Virus record (IMG/VR): IMGVR_UViG_3300027714_001912 | Strand: one strand, 5' to 3' | Length of the DNA stretch: 64,000 nt | Origin: an uncultured virus (IMG/VR IMGVR_UViG_3300027714_001912) | Taxonomy: Duplodnaviria > Heunggongvirae > Uroviricota > Caudoviricetes | Shown: one piece after another, positions 37,937-47,981 of the stretch | Layout: each line of letters opens with the position of its first letter | Numbering within the stretch: position 1 is the first letter of the stretch | Program-made: the position numbers and the translations under genes | Notes under the pieces: generated by a model | Databases searched by the model: none | Seen by the model: only the letters and a program-made list of their open reading frames with translations | What the model was told of the DNA's origin: nothing

Positions 37937-37939
37937 ATA
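37933..37939 (+). promoter_or_regulatory. T4-late-like box, 8 nt before the radical SAM ATG
   Basis: GCATAAATA; no SD sequence follows. Confidence 0.45.
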
Positions 37940-37947
37940 ATGTAGCA

Positions 37948-38607
37948 ATGTATATATCTAACTCATTAGAAATTGAACTTACTACTAAATGCACACTAGG
38001 ATGTTCAGCATGTCCACGCAACGATCCTAAAGAGAATAGAGAAGATTGGGACGTTGGACATATTGATTTACAACTAGTGAAAAATATTATAGACCAAGAC
38101 CATTACAAGTCTTTATTATTTGTAGGTTGCTATGGTGATCCAATTTATCATCCAGACTTTATAGAAATATGTCACTATGCAATTGCAAGGGAAAAGAGAC
38201 TATTAATACATACAAATGGTAGCTATAAAAAACAAAAGTGGTGGGACGAATTAGCTAAAGCTGATTGGAAGAAGTACCATAACTTTACATTTAGTGTAGA
38301 TGGGTTAGAAGATACTAACGGAATATATCGTGAACGTATGCAATGGTCAAGTATAATAGCAGGTATGCAAGCAATGAGTAAAACCCGAGCTACAGTTGAA
38401 TGGAAGATGTTAGTGTTTCCATATAACATACATCAAGTTCCAGAAGCACGTAGGCTAGCTGAAAGCATGGGAATAAGATTTACACCAGTAACAAGTGAAC
38501 GAGGCCATGGAGCATATAAACATGAAACACCTGAAATCTTTATGTGGAAAAACAATCTAGAAGGAGAAGCCTTAGGCTTATCTGGAGTTCCAGGGTTGCC
38601 ACAATGA
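37948..38607 (+). CDS. Radical SAM enzyme, core domain only; paralogue of 2807
   Basis: CTLGCSAC, FVGCYGDP, HTNGS, FSVDGLEDTN. Confidence 0.9.
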   Translation: MYISNSLEIELTTKCTLGCSACPRNDPKENREDWDVGHIDLQLVKNIIDQDHYKSLLFVGCYGDPIYHPDFIEICHYAIAREKRLLIHTNGSYKKQKWWDELAKADWKKYHNFTFSVDGLEDTNGIYRERMQWSSIIAGMQAMSKTRATVEWKMLVFPYNIHQVPEARRLAESMGIRFTPVTSERGHGAYKHETPEIFMWKNNLEGEALGLSGVPGLPQ

Positions 38608-38927
38608 TTAGACCTAGATGTACAGAAAATGGAATGCCAATGTTTTTATCAGCAAGTAATATATTAAAGCCTTGTTGTTTTTTAAACACTACTAGGCAGT
38701 ATAACTTTTTTAAAGAATGGGGCGAAGCAAGAGGATTAACAGTTGAAGCAGACTTAGATGCATCTAAGCATACAATGGAAACAATATTGTCTAGTCCTAC
38801 TTGGCTAGCATTGATTGAGAGTTTTAAACATCAAGGACAATCACCTAGTACATGTGAAAAACAGTGTGGTCCAGGATCGTACAAAAGCACAAGTGGAACT
38901 GCTAAACATAGCACTTTCAAAGAATAA
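38604..38927 (+). CDS. Stand-alone SPASM/twitch-like domain protein
   Basis: PRC...LKPCCF...CEKQCG; ATGA overlap (alternative GTG at 38544). Confidence 0.75.
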   Translation: MIRPRCTENGMPMFLSASNILKPCCFLNTTRQYNFFKEWGEARGLTVEADLDASKHTMETILSSPTWLALIESFKHQGQSPSTCEKQCGPGSYKSTSGTAKHSTFKE

Positions 38928-38945
38928 ACACTATAAGGAAATATT

Positions 38946-39701
38946 ATGAAGATAGCCGTATTCGGTTGTGGTTTCGTAGGAGGAACCGTAGCAAACTTTC
39001 TAACTGAAACAACAGACATAGAAGTAATTAAAGTAGACCCAAAATTATATCCAGATGTAGATCCATTAGATGCTGCAATTGCCGCTGATGGAATTATTAT
39101 TGCGGTACCAACACCAAGCAACCCAGACGGAAGTTGCGACGATAGTATGATACAGCAAGTATTATCTATGTGTGATTATCGTTCAAAGATACTAATCAAA
39201 AGCACAGTAACACCAGACTTGCTACAAAACTATGATGTTAATGTAGTATACAATCCAGAGTTCTTAAGAGAAGCACACGCAGAAGAAGACTTTAAGAATC
39301 AACATACATTTATACTAGGACATCATGATAACAACAGAGCAGATGCTTTTTGGTGGGCAGATGTGTTCCAACGTAACATAACTGAATGTGTATTTACAAA
39401 CAGACGTACAGCAAGCATGATCAAATATACACACAATTCTTGGCTAGCTACTAAGGTTGCATGGTTCCATGAGCTATATGCTAACCTACCACCTGAAGTA
39501 GACTATGGCACTATTACTAGTACCTTAGCTAGATTTGACACTATTGGTAAAACACACATGGATGCACCAAATAGTCAAGGAACACTAGGTTATAGTGGTA
39601 ATTGTTTCCCAAAAGACGTAAAAGCCTTGACAAAGGAAGTAAATCATAGTATACTTAGTACTGTAAATGAGACAAATAATAAACTTAATAAAGGAGATTA
39701 G
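38946..39701 (+). CDS. ugd: UDP-glucose/GDP-mannose dehydrogenase family protein lacking the C-terminal domain
   Basis: GCGFVG, AVPTP, IKSTV, YNPEFLRE, GYSGNCFPKD. Confidence 0.85.
   Translation: MKIAVFGCGFVGGTVANFLTETTDIEVIKVDPKLYPDVDPLDAAIAADGIIIAVPTPSNPDGSCDDSMIQQVLSMCDYRSKILIKSTVTPDLLQNYDVNVVYNPEFLREAHAEEDFKNQHTFILGHHDNNRADAFWWADVFQRNITECVFTNRRTASMIKYTHNSWLATKVAWFHELYANLPPEVDYGTITSTLARFDTIGKTHMDAPNSQGTLGYSGNCFPKDVKALTKEVNHSILSTVNETNNKLNKGD
39627..39655 (+). promoter_or_regulatory. Sigma70-type promoter
   Basis: TTGACA-17-TATACT. Confidence 0.6.
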
Positions 39702-39702
39702 C

Positions 39703-40194
39703 ATGTTCAATATAAAAGAAGTAATGGCACTGAGTGCAGGTATTTTAATATTTTTGTTAGTAACTGGTGCGGCACAAGCAGATTCGCATTCAGCAGTGAA
39801 AGTTGACGGATATGTCAAGCATCATTATAAAACTGTTACTACACAACAACAAACAAACAACAGGCAATGTCAAGAAGTAGACATTCCAATTTACGGCAAT
39901 GACGGTGGCGAAGTTACTATACAGCAACTTTTTGGTGCTATCATTGGTGGTGTTGTAGGATCTAACGTAGGCAAAGGCAACGGCAAAACAATTGCTACTG
40001 CAACAGGCGCTGTTATTGGATCTCAAATTGGTAAAAACAACGCAACAAAGAAAAACATAATTGGTTATAAAAGACAGACAGTTTGTGAAGACAATCCGAC
40101 ATACAATAATGTAACTACTCTTGTCTACTCGCATAGTACTATTAGATTTGCTGATGGTTCTGCACAGTACGACATTCGATTCAAAAAGCAGTAA
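39703..40194 (+). CDS. Glycine-zipper 2TM exported protein (YcfJ-like)
   Basis: Signal peptide; GAIIGGVVGSNVGKGNGKTIATATGAVIGSQIG. Confidence 0.85.
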   Translation: MFNIKEVMALSAGILIFLLVTGAAQADSHSAVKVDGYVKHHYKTVTTQQQTNNRQCQEVDIPIYGNDGGEVTIQQLFGAIIGGVVGSNVGKGNGKTIATATGAVIGSQIGKNNATKKNIIGYKRQTVCEDNPTYNNVTTLVYSHSTIRFADGSAQYDIRFKKQ

Positions 40195-40206
40195 AGGAGC
40201 AGGACA

Positions 40207-41103
40207 TTGAAATTAAGGTATAGCGAAGCATTCTACAGTGTGCAAGGCGAAGGTAAGTTTGTAGGTGTACCAAGTGTATTTTTACGTACATTTGGTTGTA
40301 ACTTTCGTTGCATGAACTTTGGATTGCCTAGGTCAGAACCAAGTAGAGCAGAGAAGCACACCGCAGGGCAACGATACAATGAAGAAGTATTGGGCCTAAT
40401 CACAGAAGGTGTTCATCAAACAACAGAAAAGTTTACTGACTTACCTATTATACATACAGGGTGCGATACTTATGCAAGTATCTATCCTGAGTTTAAAGAG
40501 TATAATAAGCAAGCAGAAGTAGATGAAGTTGTTGAACACTTATTAAGTTTAACTCCCGAAGGCAAGTGGACTTGCGATAATGGTCAAGACATACACTTGA
40601 TTATGACTGGTGGAGAACCCTTATTAGCTTGGCAACGAGTATACGTTGAGTTATTTAAGCACCCTAAGATGGCAGATTTAAAAAATGTTACATTTGAAAC
40701 AAACACTACACAACACTTACACGAAGACTTGTTTAAATATCTCAACGACAATGACGACATTACAGTCACTTGGAGTTGTTCCCCAAAACTTAGCGTTTCA
40801 GGAGAATCTTGGGAAGATGCTATTAAACCTAAAGTTGCTTTTGAGTATAGCCTTGTTGACAACAGCGACCTTTATCTTAAGTTTGTTGTCGCTGATCGTA
40901 CTGATATTGAAGAAGCCGGTAGAGCTGTTCAAGCATATCGCGATGGTGGAGTTGAATGTCCGGTCTATCTTATGCCGATGGGCGGACGCAGTGAAGAATA
41001 TAATCTCAATGTGCAGGAAGTTGCAAATATCTGCATGGAAAAAGGCTGGAGATTTACCCCAAGATTACACATATCCCTCTTCGGAAACGCCTGGGGAACC
41101 TAA
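40207..41103 (+). CDS. queE: 7-carboxy-7-deazaguanine synthase (radical SAM)
   Basis: EAFYSVQGEG...GVPSVFLRTFGCNFRC...GCDT, TGGEPL, SPKL, RFTPRLH. Confidence 0.93.
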   Translation: MKLRYSEAFYSVQGEGKFVGVPSVFLRTFGCNFRCMNFGLPRSEPSRAEKHTAGQRYNEEVLGLITEGVHQTTEKFTDLPIIHTGCDTYASIYPEFKEYNKQAEVDEVVEHLLSLTPEGKWTCDNGQDIHLIMTGGEPLLAWQRVYVELFKHPKMADLKNVTFETNTTQHLHEDLFKYLNDNDDITVTWSCSPKLSVSGESWEDAIKPKVAFEYSLVDNSDLYLKFVVADRTDIEEAGRAVQAYRDGGVECPVYLMPMGGRSEEYNLNVQEVANICMEKGWRFTPRLHISLFGNAWGT

Positions 41104-41259
41104 GGATTATGATGACTATGTATCGCACTTTGCTAAACAACGCAAGTATAAGTCTGAAGCACATAAGAAGGCTATGCAAGCCAAGTACCCAAGAGACTTG
41201 GAAGACGACTTACGTAAAGCAGGAATGTAAGCCTAACATGGTTGTATGGAATTTAAGTA

Positions 41260-41442
41260 ATGAAGGATAAAATGGATAACACAACAGAAACACAATGCGA
41301 AGATTGCCGTATAGAAATAACGACTAAAGGTATTACAGTAGATAGCAGTGAAGGTAACTTATACTTTGAAGCTATTATATTAGTAACAGTATTAGCCGTT
41401 GTTTACATTGGCAAGAAGCTAGTAGACAAGTATATTAAATGA
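41260..41442 (+). CDS. Small membrane protein
   Basis: C-terminal TM segment. Confidence 0.6.
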   Translation: MKDKMDNTTETQCEDCRIEITTKGITVDSSEGNLYFEAIILVTVLAVVYIGKKLVDKYIK

Positions 41443-41834
41443 GTAAAATAACGGATTGGGCAGATGACTTGTCCATGCTAGAAGGCACAGAAAGACTAGT
41501 ACATCTTATAGATTTAGCTAGGTTGCCTACAACATTGCCAGAAGCATTAAGAACTAAAGAGAATCTTATAGGCGGATGCATGTCTAAGATATGGGTTGAT
41601 GTTGGTATAGTTGAAGAAAAGGTCAAAGTATATTATGATAGTGATGCAATGATTACAAAAGGTATTACACATGTAGTATGCGATTGCTTTTCAGATATAC
41701 CAGTTGCAGATTCAAAACAATTGAATAAAGCTAGCTTTGACAACTTAGGAGTAAAAGAACTTCTAACTTCTCAAAGACGGAATGGGCTAGGAAGTCTAAT
41801 AGATACAATAATACATAAGGTAAACAAACTATGA
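41439..41834 (+). CDS. sufE: SufE-family Fe-S assembly sulfur acceptor
   Basis: GCMSKIWV, DSDAMITKG, LTSQRRNG. Confidence 0.9.
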   Translation: MSKITDWADDLSMLEGTERLVHLIDLARLPTTLPEALRTKENLIGGCMSKIWVDVGIVEEKVKVYYDSDAMITKGITHVVCDCFSDIPVADSKQLNKASFDNLGVKELLTSQRRNGLGSLIDTIIHKVNKL

Positions 41835-42925
41835 ACGAAGGAAGTTATATTTTTACAAGCGAAAGTGTCAGTGATGGGCATCCAGATAAGGTAGCAGACC
41901 AAATCTCAGATGTACTAGTTGACGCAGGACTAAAGAACGGTGATGAGACAACACGAGTTGCCGTAGAGACACTTGTAACCACTAACCATGTTACGGTAGC
42001 GGGTGAGGTAAAAAACTTCAATGTCAGTGACGATGATGTTAAAGAGTTAATTAAGAATAAAGTCAAAGAGATTGGCTACGAACAAGATGGATTCCATTGG
42101 GATAAACTAAAAATCTATAATGAGATTCATGCACAAAGTGGAGACATTGGTTTAGGTACTAATGACTTTGGAGCAGGAGATCAGGGAATGATGTTTGGCT
42201 ATGCAAGTAATGAGAACGAAGCATTTATGCCAGCACCTATTTACTTCTCGCATAAGATTCTACAAGAACTTAAATTTATGCGTTTAGATGGATATGAGTT
42301 TTTACTACCAGATGCTAAGTCACAAATTAGTGTGCAGTACGAAGGTGGTAAGCCTAAGCGTATTGATCAAATTGTAGTATCACATCAGCACAAGGACGGA
42401 TTTGTTCATAGTGTTGTAGGTCCTGTTAGGAGTGCATGTGAAAAGGTATTAGGCGATTTAATTGACAAAAATACTGTATGGCATATTAACCCAACAGGCA
42501 ACTTTGTTATTGGTGGACCAGATGGAGACACTGGTGTAACAGGACGTAAGATTATCGTAGACACATATGGTGGATTTGCACCACATGGCGGTGGAGCATT
42601 TAGTGGAAAAGATCCTACTAAGGTTGATCGTTCAGCGGCTTACATGGCACGTTGGTTAGCAAAAAATGTAATAGCAGACGATATGGCAGATTGGTGTAAT
42701 ATCCAATTAAGCTATGCTATTGGCGTAAAGGAACCTACTAGCATTTATGTAGATTCTAATGGACACAACAGATCAATTCAGAACTTTATTAAGAACAATG
42801 TTGACCTTACACCAAAGGGAATCATTGATAAGTTTGATTTGTTTAACTTTAACAAGTACAGTGCGAATTGTACATACGGACACTTTGGTGATAAGGATGT
42901 ACCGTGGGAAAAAATAGGATGGTAA
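41831..42925 (+). CDS. metK: S-adenosylmethionine synthetase
   Basis: SESVSDGHPDK, GAGDQG, GRKIIVDTYGG, GGGAFSGKDPTKVDRS. Confidence 0.97.
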   Translation: MNEGSYIFTSESVSDGHPDKVADQISDVLVDAGLKNGDETTRVAVETLVTTNHVTVAGEVKNFNVSDDDVKELIKNKVKEIGYEQDGFHWDKLKIYNEIHAQSGDIGLGTNDFGAGDQGMMFGYASNENEAFMPAPIYFSHKILQELKFMRLDGYEFLLPDAKSQISVQYEGGKPKRIDQIVVSHQHKDGFVHSVVGPVRSACEKVLGDLIDKNTVWHINPTGNFVIGGPDGDTGVTGRKIIVDTYGGFAPHGGGAFSGKDPTKVDRSAAYMARWLAKNVIADDMADWCNIQLSYAIGVKEPTSIYVDSNGHNRSIQNFIKNNVDLTPKGIIDKFDLFNFNKYSANCTYGHFGDKDVPWEKIGW

Positions 42926-42927
42926 GT

Positions 42928-43245
42928 ATGGCTAAAAAAGATAAAACACTAGGTGAAAAAATAACAGGAATGTTTAAAAAAGCACCAGTTGAAAAAAAGA
43001 AAGAAGTAAGTGAAAAAGACAAAGCTACAGCAAAGGGAGAACCTTTTGTTAAAGTATTAGATATTAACTATGACAAGTCAAATCCAGGTGATGGATACTT
43101 TGAGTTGGAATGGAATAATATCTTTGTTAAGAAGTTATTGGATGCTGGCTACAGTGGAGCAAATGAAAACGAAATCGTTGACAGTTGGTTTACAGGACTA
43201 TGTAGGCAGATATCTGAGGACCCAGGGTTTAAGGAAACAACGTAG
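42928..43245 (+). CDS. Hypothetical phage protein
   Basis: ATAKGEPFVKV, GYFELEWN. Confidence 0.75.
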   Translation: MAKKDKTLGEKITGMFKKAPVEKKKEVSEKDKATAKGEPFVKVLDINYDKSNPGDGYFELEWNNIFVKKLLDAGYSGANENEIVDSWFTGLCRQISEDPGFKETT

Positions 43246-43253
43246 GAATAATT

Positions 43254-43808
43254 ATGAATAAAATAGGAATGAGCGTACCAAACACAACGTGGAAAACACG
43301 TGTGCGTGATGATAGTATCAGTGGGGACAACCCATTTAAGTGGCAAGACCTAGCAAATGTAGATGTGTTTGCTCATAAGCGTGTATTAGTATTTTCACTT
43401 CCAGGTGCATTTACACCAACATGCTCTACGATGCAGTTGCCAGGTTTTGAAGAAAATGCAGATGCATTTTATAGTGCAGGAATTGAAGACATCTATTGTA
43501 TTAGTGTTAATGATAGTTTCGTAATGAACCGTTGGGGACAAACAGTCGTTGAGGGTGGATTACAAAACGTTAAGCTACTACCAGATGGTAACGGAGACTT
43601 TACTGCAGGCATGGATATGTTAGTTGACAAAACGCATATTGGCTTTGGTCAGCGTTCATGGCGTTATGCAATGGTTGTGGATAAAGGAATAATTACACAT
43701 TGGTTTGAAGAGCCTGGTTTTAATCAAACTGGAACTGATTCAGATCCGTATGGTGAGACTTCACCTGAGAATGTTTTAAATGCAATAACGATTGACATGC
43801 ATCAATAA
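43254..43808 (+). CDS. Peroxiredoxin, Prx5 type
   Basis: LPGAFTPTCS, SVNDSFVM, PDGNG, RSWRYAM. Confidence 0.95.
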   Translation: MNKIGMSVPNTTWKTRVRDDSISGDNPFKWQDLANVDVFAHKRVLVFSLPGAFTPTCSTMQLPGFEENADAFYSAGIEDIYCISVNDSFVMNRWGQTVVEGGLQNVKLLPDGNGDFTAGMDMLVDKTHIGFGQRSWRYAMVVDKGIITHWFEEPGFNQTGTDSDPYGETSPENVLNAITIDMHQ

Positions 43809-43820
43809 TTGTGTTATTAT
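43792..43820 (+). promoter_or_regulatory. Sigma70-type promoter
   Basis: TTGACA-17-TATTAT. Confidence 0.65.
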
Positions 43821-43847
43821 AGTGTTAATAAATTTTAGATAAGGACT

Positions 43848-44849
43848 ATGAAGATGAGTTATATTTTAGTAGATGCAGCGAATATGTTCTTTCGTGCAAG
43901 ACATGTAGTACGTGGTAGTGATATGCATACAAAAATTGGTATGAGTTATCACATTATGTTTAATAGTATTAACAAGGTGTGGCGTGAGCAAAAAGGCACA
44001 CATGTTGTTTTATGTCTTGAAGGACGTAGTTGGCGTAAAGATGCATATGAACCTTATAAGCGAAATCGTAGTGTAGCACGTGCCGCACTTAACGAAACTG
44101 AGCAAGATGAGGATCGTGCATTTTGGGAAGCATTTGATGAACTAAAAGCATTCTTCGAGAAACGTACTAATGTTACAGTATTACAACACAGTGAATGTGA
44201 AGCAGATGACTTTATTGCTAGGTGGATCCAGAATCACCCTAACGATAAGCATTGCATAGTATCAAGTGACAGCGACTTTTATCAGTTACTAGGCCCTAAC
44301 GTACAACAGTATAATGGTATTACTGGACAGCTAATTACTACAGAAGGCATCTTTGATGACCGTGGTAAGCCTGTAATGGATAAAAAAACTAAGGAACCTA
44401 AACTCCTTGGAGACCCGCAGTGGTTGTTGTTTGAGAAATGTATTCGAGGCGACACAAGTGACAACGTGTTTAGTGCATGCCCAGGTGCTCGTAAGAAAGG
44501 CACTAAGAACAAGGTTGGTATGCAAGAAGCGTTTGCAGATAAAGAGTCTAAGGGCTATAACTGGAATAACTTTATGCTACAACGTTGGGTAGATCATGAA
44601 GGTGTTGAGCATCGTGTACTAGAAGATTACGAACGTAACAAACACATTATTGATTTAACACAACAGCCTGATAACATTAAGGCTTCGTTAGATGAAGCTA
44701 TTGTTGAACAAGTCCAAAAAGAACACAAAGGACAAGTAGGCATACACTTTATGAAGTTCTGTGGTAAATGGGATATGCAACGTATTGTAGAAAAGGCTCA
44801 AGATCATTCTACGTATCTAAATAGGAGCTATGCTAATGCACAAACTTAG
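43848..44849 (+). CDS. rnh: T4 RNase H-like 5'-3' exonuclease
   Basis: ILVD..N, SWRK..Y..YK.NR, EADD, SSDSDF.QL, GDTSDN. Confidence 0.9.
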   Translation: MKMSYILVDAANMFFRARHVVRGSDMHTKIGMSYHIMFNSINKVWREQKGTHVVLCLEGRSWRKDAYEPYKRNRSVARAALNETEQDEDRAFWEAFDELKAFFEKRTNVTVLQHSECEADDFIARWIQNHPNDKHCIVSSDSDFYQLLGPNVQQYNGITGQLITTEGIFDDRGKPVMDKKTKEPKLLGDPQWLLFEKCIRGDTSDNVFSACPGARKKGTKNKVGMQEAFADKESKGYNWNNFMLQRWVDHEGVEHRVLEDYERNKHIIDLTQQPDNIKASLDEAIVEQVQKEHKGQVGIHFMKFCGKWDMQRIVEKAQDHSTYLNRSYANAQT

Positions 44850-45558
44850 AGCATATGTATTTGATGTAGATGGTACACTAACACTTAGTAGAACTTTAAT
44901 GGACCCAGAGTTCAAAAAGTTCTTTAAAAAGTTTGTAGAGTATCATAAAGTATATATTGTAACGGGCAGTGACTATCCTAAAACTTTAGAACAACTAGGC
45001 AAAGATACAATGCATGCAGTAATACGTTCATACAATTGCAGTGGAAATAGTATATGGGAAAGAGGAGAGAACATCTTCAATAATCCATGGACAATTGAAG
45101 CAGATGCAAATGCATTCTTAGAAAACGCATTACAAGAATCAAACTTTAAAATCAGAACTGGAACACACATTGAACAACGTCCTGGTATGGTAAACTTTAG
45201 TGTACTAGGCAGAGGCGCAACAACAGAACAACGTGCCGCTTATGTAGACTATGATGCTGATATGGGCGAACGTGCAGTTATTGCAACACAGTTTAATGCA
45301 TTGTACGCATCAACAGGACTTAATGCACATGTAGCAGGTGCAACAGGAATTGACATTGCTCCAATTGGTAAAGACAAAAGTCAGATACTAAAGGACTTTG
45401 ACGATATGCATGTTTATTTCTACGGAGATATGATGCAAGAAGGTGGTAACGACAGGCCACTAAAAAACGCAATCGAAGCTAGAAACAGTACACAAGATAG
45501 AACGTTTACAGTTACAGATTGGAAACATACATTTAACCTATTAAAGGAAGCATACTAA
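44830..45558 (+). CDS. HAD-IIB phosphomannomutase-like hydrolase
   Basis: FDVDGTLT, VTGSD, IEQRPGMVNFS..GR, FYGD....GND. Confidence 0.88.
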   Translation: MLMHKLRAYVFDVDGTLTLSRTLMDPEFKKFFKKFVEYHKVYIVTGSDYPKTLEQLGKDTMHAVIRSYNCSGNSIWERGENIFNNPWTIEADANAFLENALQESNFKIRTGTHIEQRPGMVNFSVLGRGATTEQRAAYVDYDADMGERAVIATQFNALYASTGLNAHVAGATGIDIAPIGKDKSQILKDFDDMHVYFYGDMMQEGGNDRPLKNAIEARNSTQDRTFTVTDWKHTFNLLKEAY

Positions 45559-45869
45559 TGGTAATCGATACAGCAGAAGGCATCAACTTGATGACTGGCA
45601 CTAAAGTAGAACGAACTGAACTTGAACTTCAGCTTCGTGATAATATTATGGAAGTTACATTTAACAAAATTAACGGCGACAAACGTATAATGAGCTGTAC
45701 ATTGAGTAAGAATGTTCTACCACCAGCAACTAAGAAAGATCCTCTAACACAGGAAAAGATTCGTAAAATTAACGAAGAAGTAATGAGTGTTTGGGATACA
45801 AATGCTAATGGCTTTCGTAGTTTCCGAATGGCAAATATTGTCGAAGTTAAACAACTAAAAGCAGTATAA
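45558..45869 (+). CDS. SH3/Sm-like (WYL_2-type) small phage protein
   Basis: VTFNKINGDKRIMSCTL...VWD....FRSFR. Confidence 0.7.
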   Translation: MVIDTAEGINLMTGTKVERTELELQLRDNIMEVTFNKINGDKRIMSCTLSKNVLPPATKKDPLTQEKIRKINEEVMSVWDTNANGFRSFRMANIVEVKQLKAV

Positions 45870-45873
45870 TTAA

Positions 45874-46344
45874 ATGGCTCATAAGATTAAAGAAATCATT
45901 ACTGACAAGTATTGGATCGTTGAAAGTCCTTATATGAAGATAGGAACTATACGTAAAATACCTGAAGGCTATGAGTTCTTTAATCAAATTGAGAACACAA
46001 AGACGCTGTTAGACACCCTACAGGGCTTCAAATCAGCTACTGTAGCGCCTACAGACACAACTACACAAATTTATAAGGGACTACCTACAAACGCAACAGA
46101 ATTACACCCTGAAGAGCACCCTACGCTACCCGCATTTAAAAAGACTAAGACTGGTAAAACAGTATTTGTTGCAGGCTATTATATTTTAAAATATACTGGC
46201 ATGGGCTGGCAACATGCATTTTGTCCAAAATTAGAGACAGTTGACAAATATGAGACTAGAGGCCCCTATTTCACTGAGTGGGATATGAACTTAAATCTTA
46301 AGAAAGCAAAATCGGAACCAAAAAATGAAACATCTTCCATTTAA
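45874..46344 (+). CDS. Hypothetical phage protein
   Basis: AGYY...W..AFCPKL. Confidence 0.75.
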   Translation: MAHKIKEIITDKYWIVESPYMKIGTIRKIPEGYEFFNQIENTKTLLDTLQGFKSATVAPTDTTTQIYKGLPTNATELHPEEHPTLPAFKKTKTGKTVFVAGYYILKYTGMGWQHAFCPKLETVDKYETRGPYFTEWDMNLNLKKAKSEPKNETSSI

Positions 46345-46771
46345 TTCAATTATGTTTTTTGCGACACTCATTCTATTAGCAGTAGCATATACTAGTGGAG
46401 CAATAGCACAGACTACCGGACCAAATAGTTTACTAGACGGAGATCAATACACAGACCCAACAGTTCCAGAAGAAGAAGCCCCAGATGCTGTACCTAAGAA
46501 GAATCAAAGCCAGCAATGGATATCTGCATCACGTCCTATTATGTGTAACAGTATACCCTATATTAAAGGTTGGTTACAAGCTAAAGGACAAGTTATGATT
46601 GGCTCAGGACATAAACCAAAAGAGTATATGCCAAGTGATCCATTCGATGGTATTATCCTTTTAATGAACTTAGAAACAAAAGAGTATACCATGTTGTTAG
46701 TTAGTGCAGAGCATAACTTAGCTTGCATAACGGCAGCAGGTGCATCATTCACAACAGGTGGTGTCAAATAG
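46325..46771 (+). CDS. Exported hypothetical protein
   Basis: Signal peptide ending AIA; two Cys. Confidence 0.7.
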   Translation: MKHLPFNSIMFFATLILLAVAYTSGAIAQTTGPNSLLDGDQYTDPTVPEEEAPDAVPKKNQSQQWISASRPIMCNSIPYIKGWLQAKGQVMIGSGHKPKEYMPSDPFDGIILLMNLETKEYTMLLVSAEHNLACITAAGASFTTGGVK

Positions 46772-46812
46772 TAAAATAATAAACCGTTAAGTCTAGTTTT
46801 ATCTTCCATTTG

Positions 46813-46820
46813 TATAAATA
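46813..46820 (+). promoter_or_regulatory. T4-type late promoter
   Basis: Exact TATAAATA, then AGGAG RBS and ATG 46846. Confidence 0.65.
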
Positions 46821-46845
46821 CAAGTAATAGGAGAAACAAATACTA

Positions 46846-47148
46846 ATGGCTAGACCAAAACCAAACATTATACTCGACCAAGTAGATAAAAGTTACAACA
46901 GTGAACAGATTTTAGAAGCAGGCGCAATTTATGCAGTGTATTATGAGAACAAACCAATTAATTTAAGGACCATGAACACACTAGTAAACTACCCTGGGCC
47001 TAAGTATAAGAAAGTAAGTTTCTCAAACAGTGGACACGCATTTAACCTTTCAGACAGACTTAATAAAAAGTTTAATTCTGATCAGTTTAGCGTAGTAAAA
47101 TTGACTCATGGCGAAACAGTTACTAGAAACTCGAAAAGTTCAAACTGA
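46846..47148 (+). CDS. Hypothetical phage protein
   Basis: MARPKP, PGPKYKKVSFSN.GHA. Confidence 0.8.
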   Translation: MARPKPNIILDQVDKSYNSEQILEAGAIYAVYYENKPINLRTMNTLVNYPGPKYKKVSFSNSGHAFNLSDRLNKKFNSDQFSVVKLTHGETVTRNSKSSN

Positions 47149-47425
47149 TATAATCAAACTATTTTCAATTGATTTAGAGATTAAGGCAGTTTTTAAAAAT
47201 ACGCAGACCTTACGGCTAACAAAGGTAGGTCAGCGTATACTAAGTAAATCTTACGATAGTTGGGTGTTCGAGTCACCTAAGCTAAATGCAAATAATTTAA
47301 TTAATTTGCTACGTAAGATGCGATATCCCTATTATATTGATAAGGATAAACTAATCTTGTATACTGAGAAAGATGCCTTTCTCGCAAAGTTTGCAGGAGC
47401 ACAAGGATGGTTAGATGGCAAATAA
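47108..47425 (+). CDS. Hypothetical protein
   Basis: LRLTKVG, PYYI, LYTEKDAFL. Confidence 0.7.
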   Translation: MAKQLLETRKVQTDIIKLFSIDLEIKAVFKNTQTLRLTKVGQRILSKSYDSWVFESPKLNANNLINLLRKMRYPYYIDKDKLILYTEKDAFLAKFAGAQGWLDGK

Positions 47426-47624
47426 AATAGAAGGAATTGAAATTCCAGAGTTAATAAACGTACACTGTACAGACAACGATCAGACAGTTGAAGTGCAGTA
47501 TATATCACACCACAATAATATGATAAGAACAGACCTACAAGGAATCCCCTTAAACTTTAATCACTTAAAACGGAACATATACGTTGCCAATTTCAATGGC
47601 AGAGAATTTGTTATGAAACTATGA
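47415..47624 (+). CDS. Hypothetical protein
   Basis: Coupled ORF. Confidence 0.7.
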   Translation: MANKIEGIEIPELINVHCTDNDQTVEVQYISHHNNMIRTDLQGIPLNFNHLKRNIYVANFNGREFVMKL

Positions 47625-47923
47625 ATCAAATAGACTTACACGGACAAACAGTACATGAAGCTTGGAAGACATTTAGCGAACATGTAGCAGACTGTTACTT
47701 CAACGACATTAAAGCAACTACAGTTATTACAGGACACGGACAAATTGGTGAAGAACTAATTGCGTGGGTACATGCTAATAAACACTGTCAACATGCCTCT
47801 AAAGGTAGAAACACAGGTGCTTACACTGTAGCTATTAAGAAAAACAAGAAACATAAGCCTACTGTAAAAGCAAACACTACTGTAGATTTAAGTCAACTGA
47901 TTAAAAAGTGGAATAATCATTGA
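47621..47923 (+). CDS. Smr/MutS2-domain protein
   Basis: IDLHG, VITGHG, NTGAY.V. Confidence 0.88.
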   Translation: MNQIDLHGQTVHEAWKTFSEHVADCYFNDIKATTVITGHGQIGEELIAWVHANKHCQHASKGRNTGAYTVAIKKNKKHKPTVKANTTVDLSQLIKKWNNH

Positions 47924-47948
47924 CAACTAAGCAAATTTAATATACTAT
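47920..47948 (+). promoter_or_regulatory. Sigma70-type promoter overlapping a TGA stop
   Basis: TTGACA-17-TACTAT. Confidence 0.6.
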
Positions 47949-47981
47949 GTATATAGTTTTAACCTAAAGAAGAATATTTAA

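Noticed and set aside
40685..41008. Long overlapping ORF inside queE
   Set aside because: Alternative-frame shadow with no protein-like features; only the 3' tail is considered further
47199..47238. Strong hairpin ATACGC...GCGTAT as a terminator or ncRNA
   Set aside because: It lies mid-CDS without a U-tract, and nothing else supports a function
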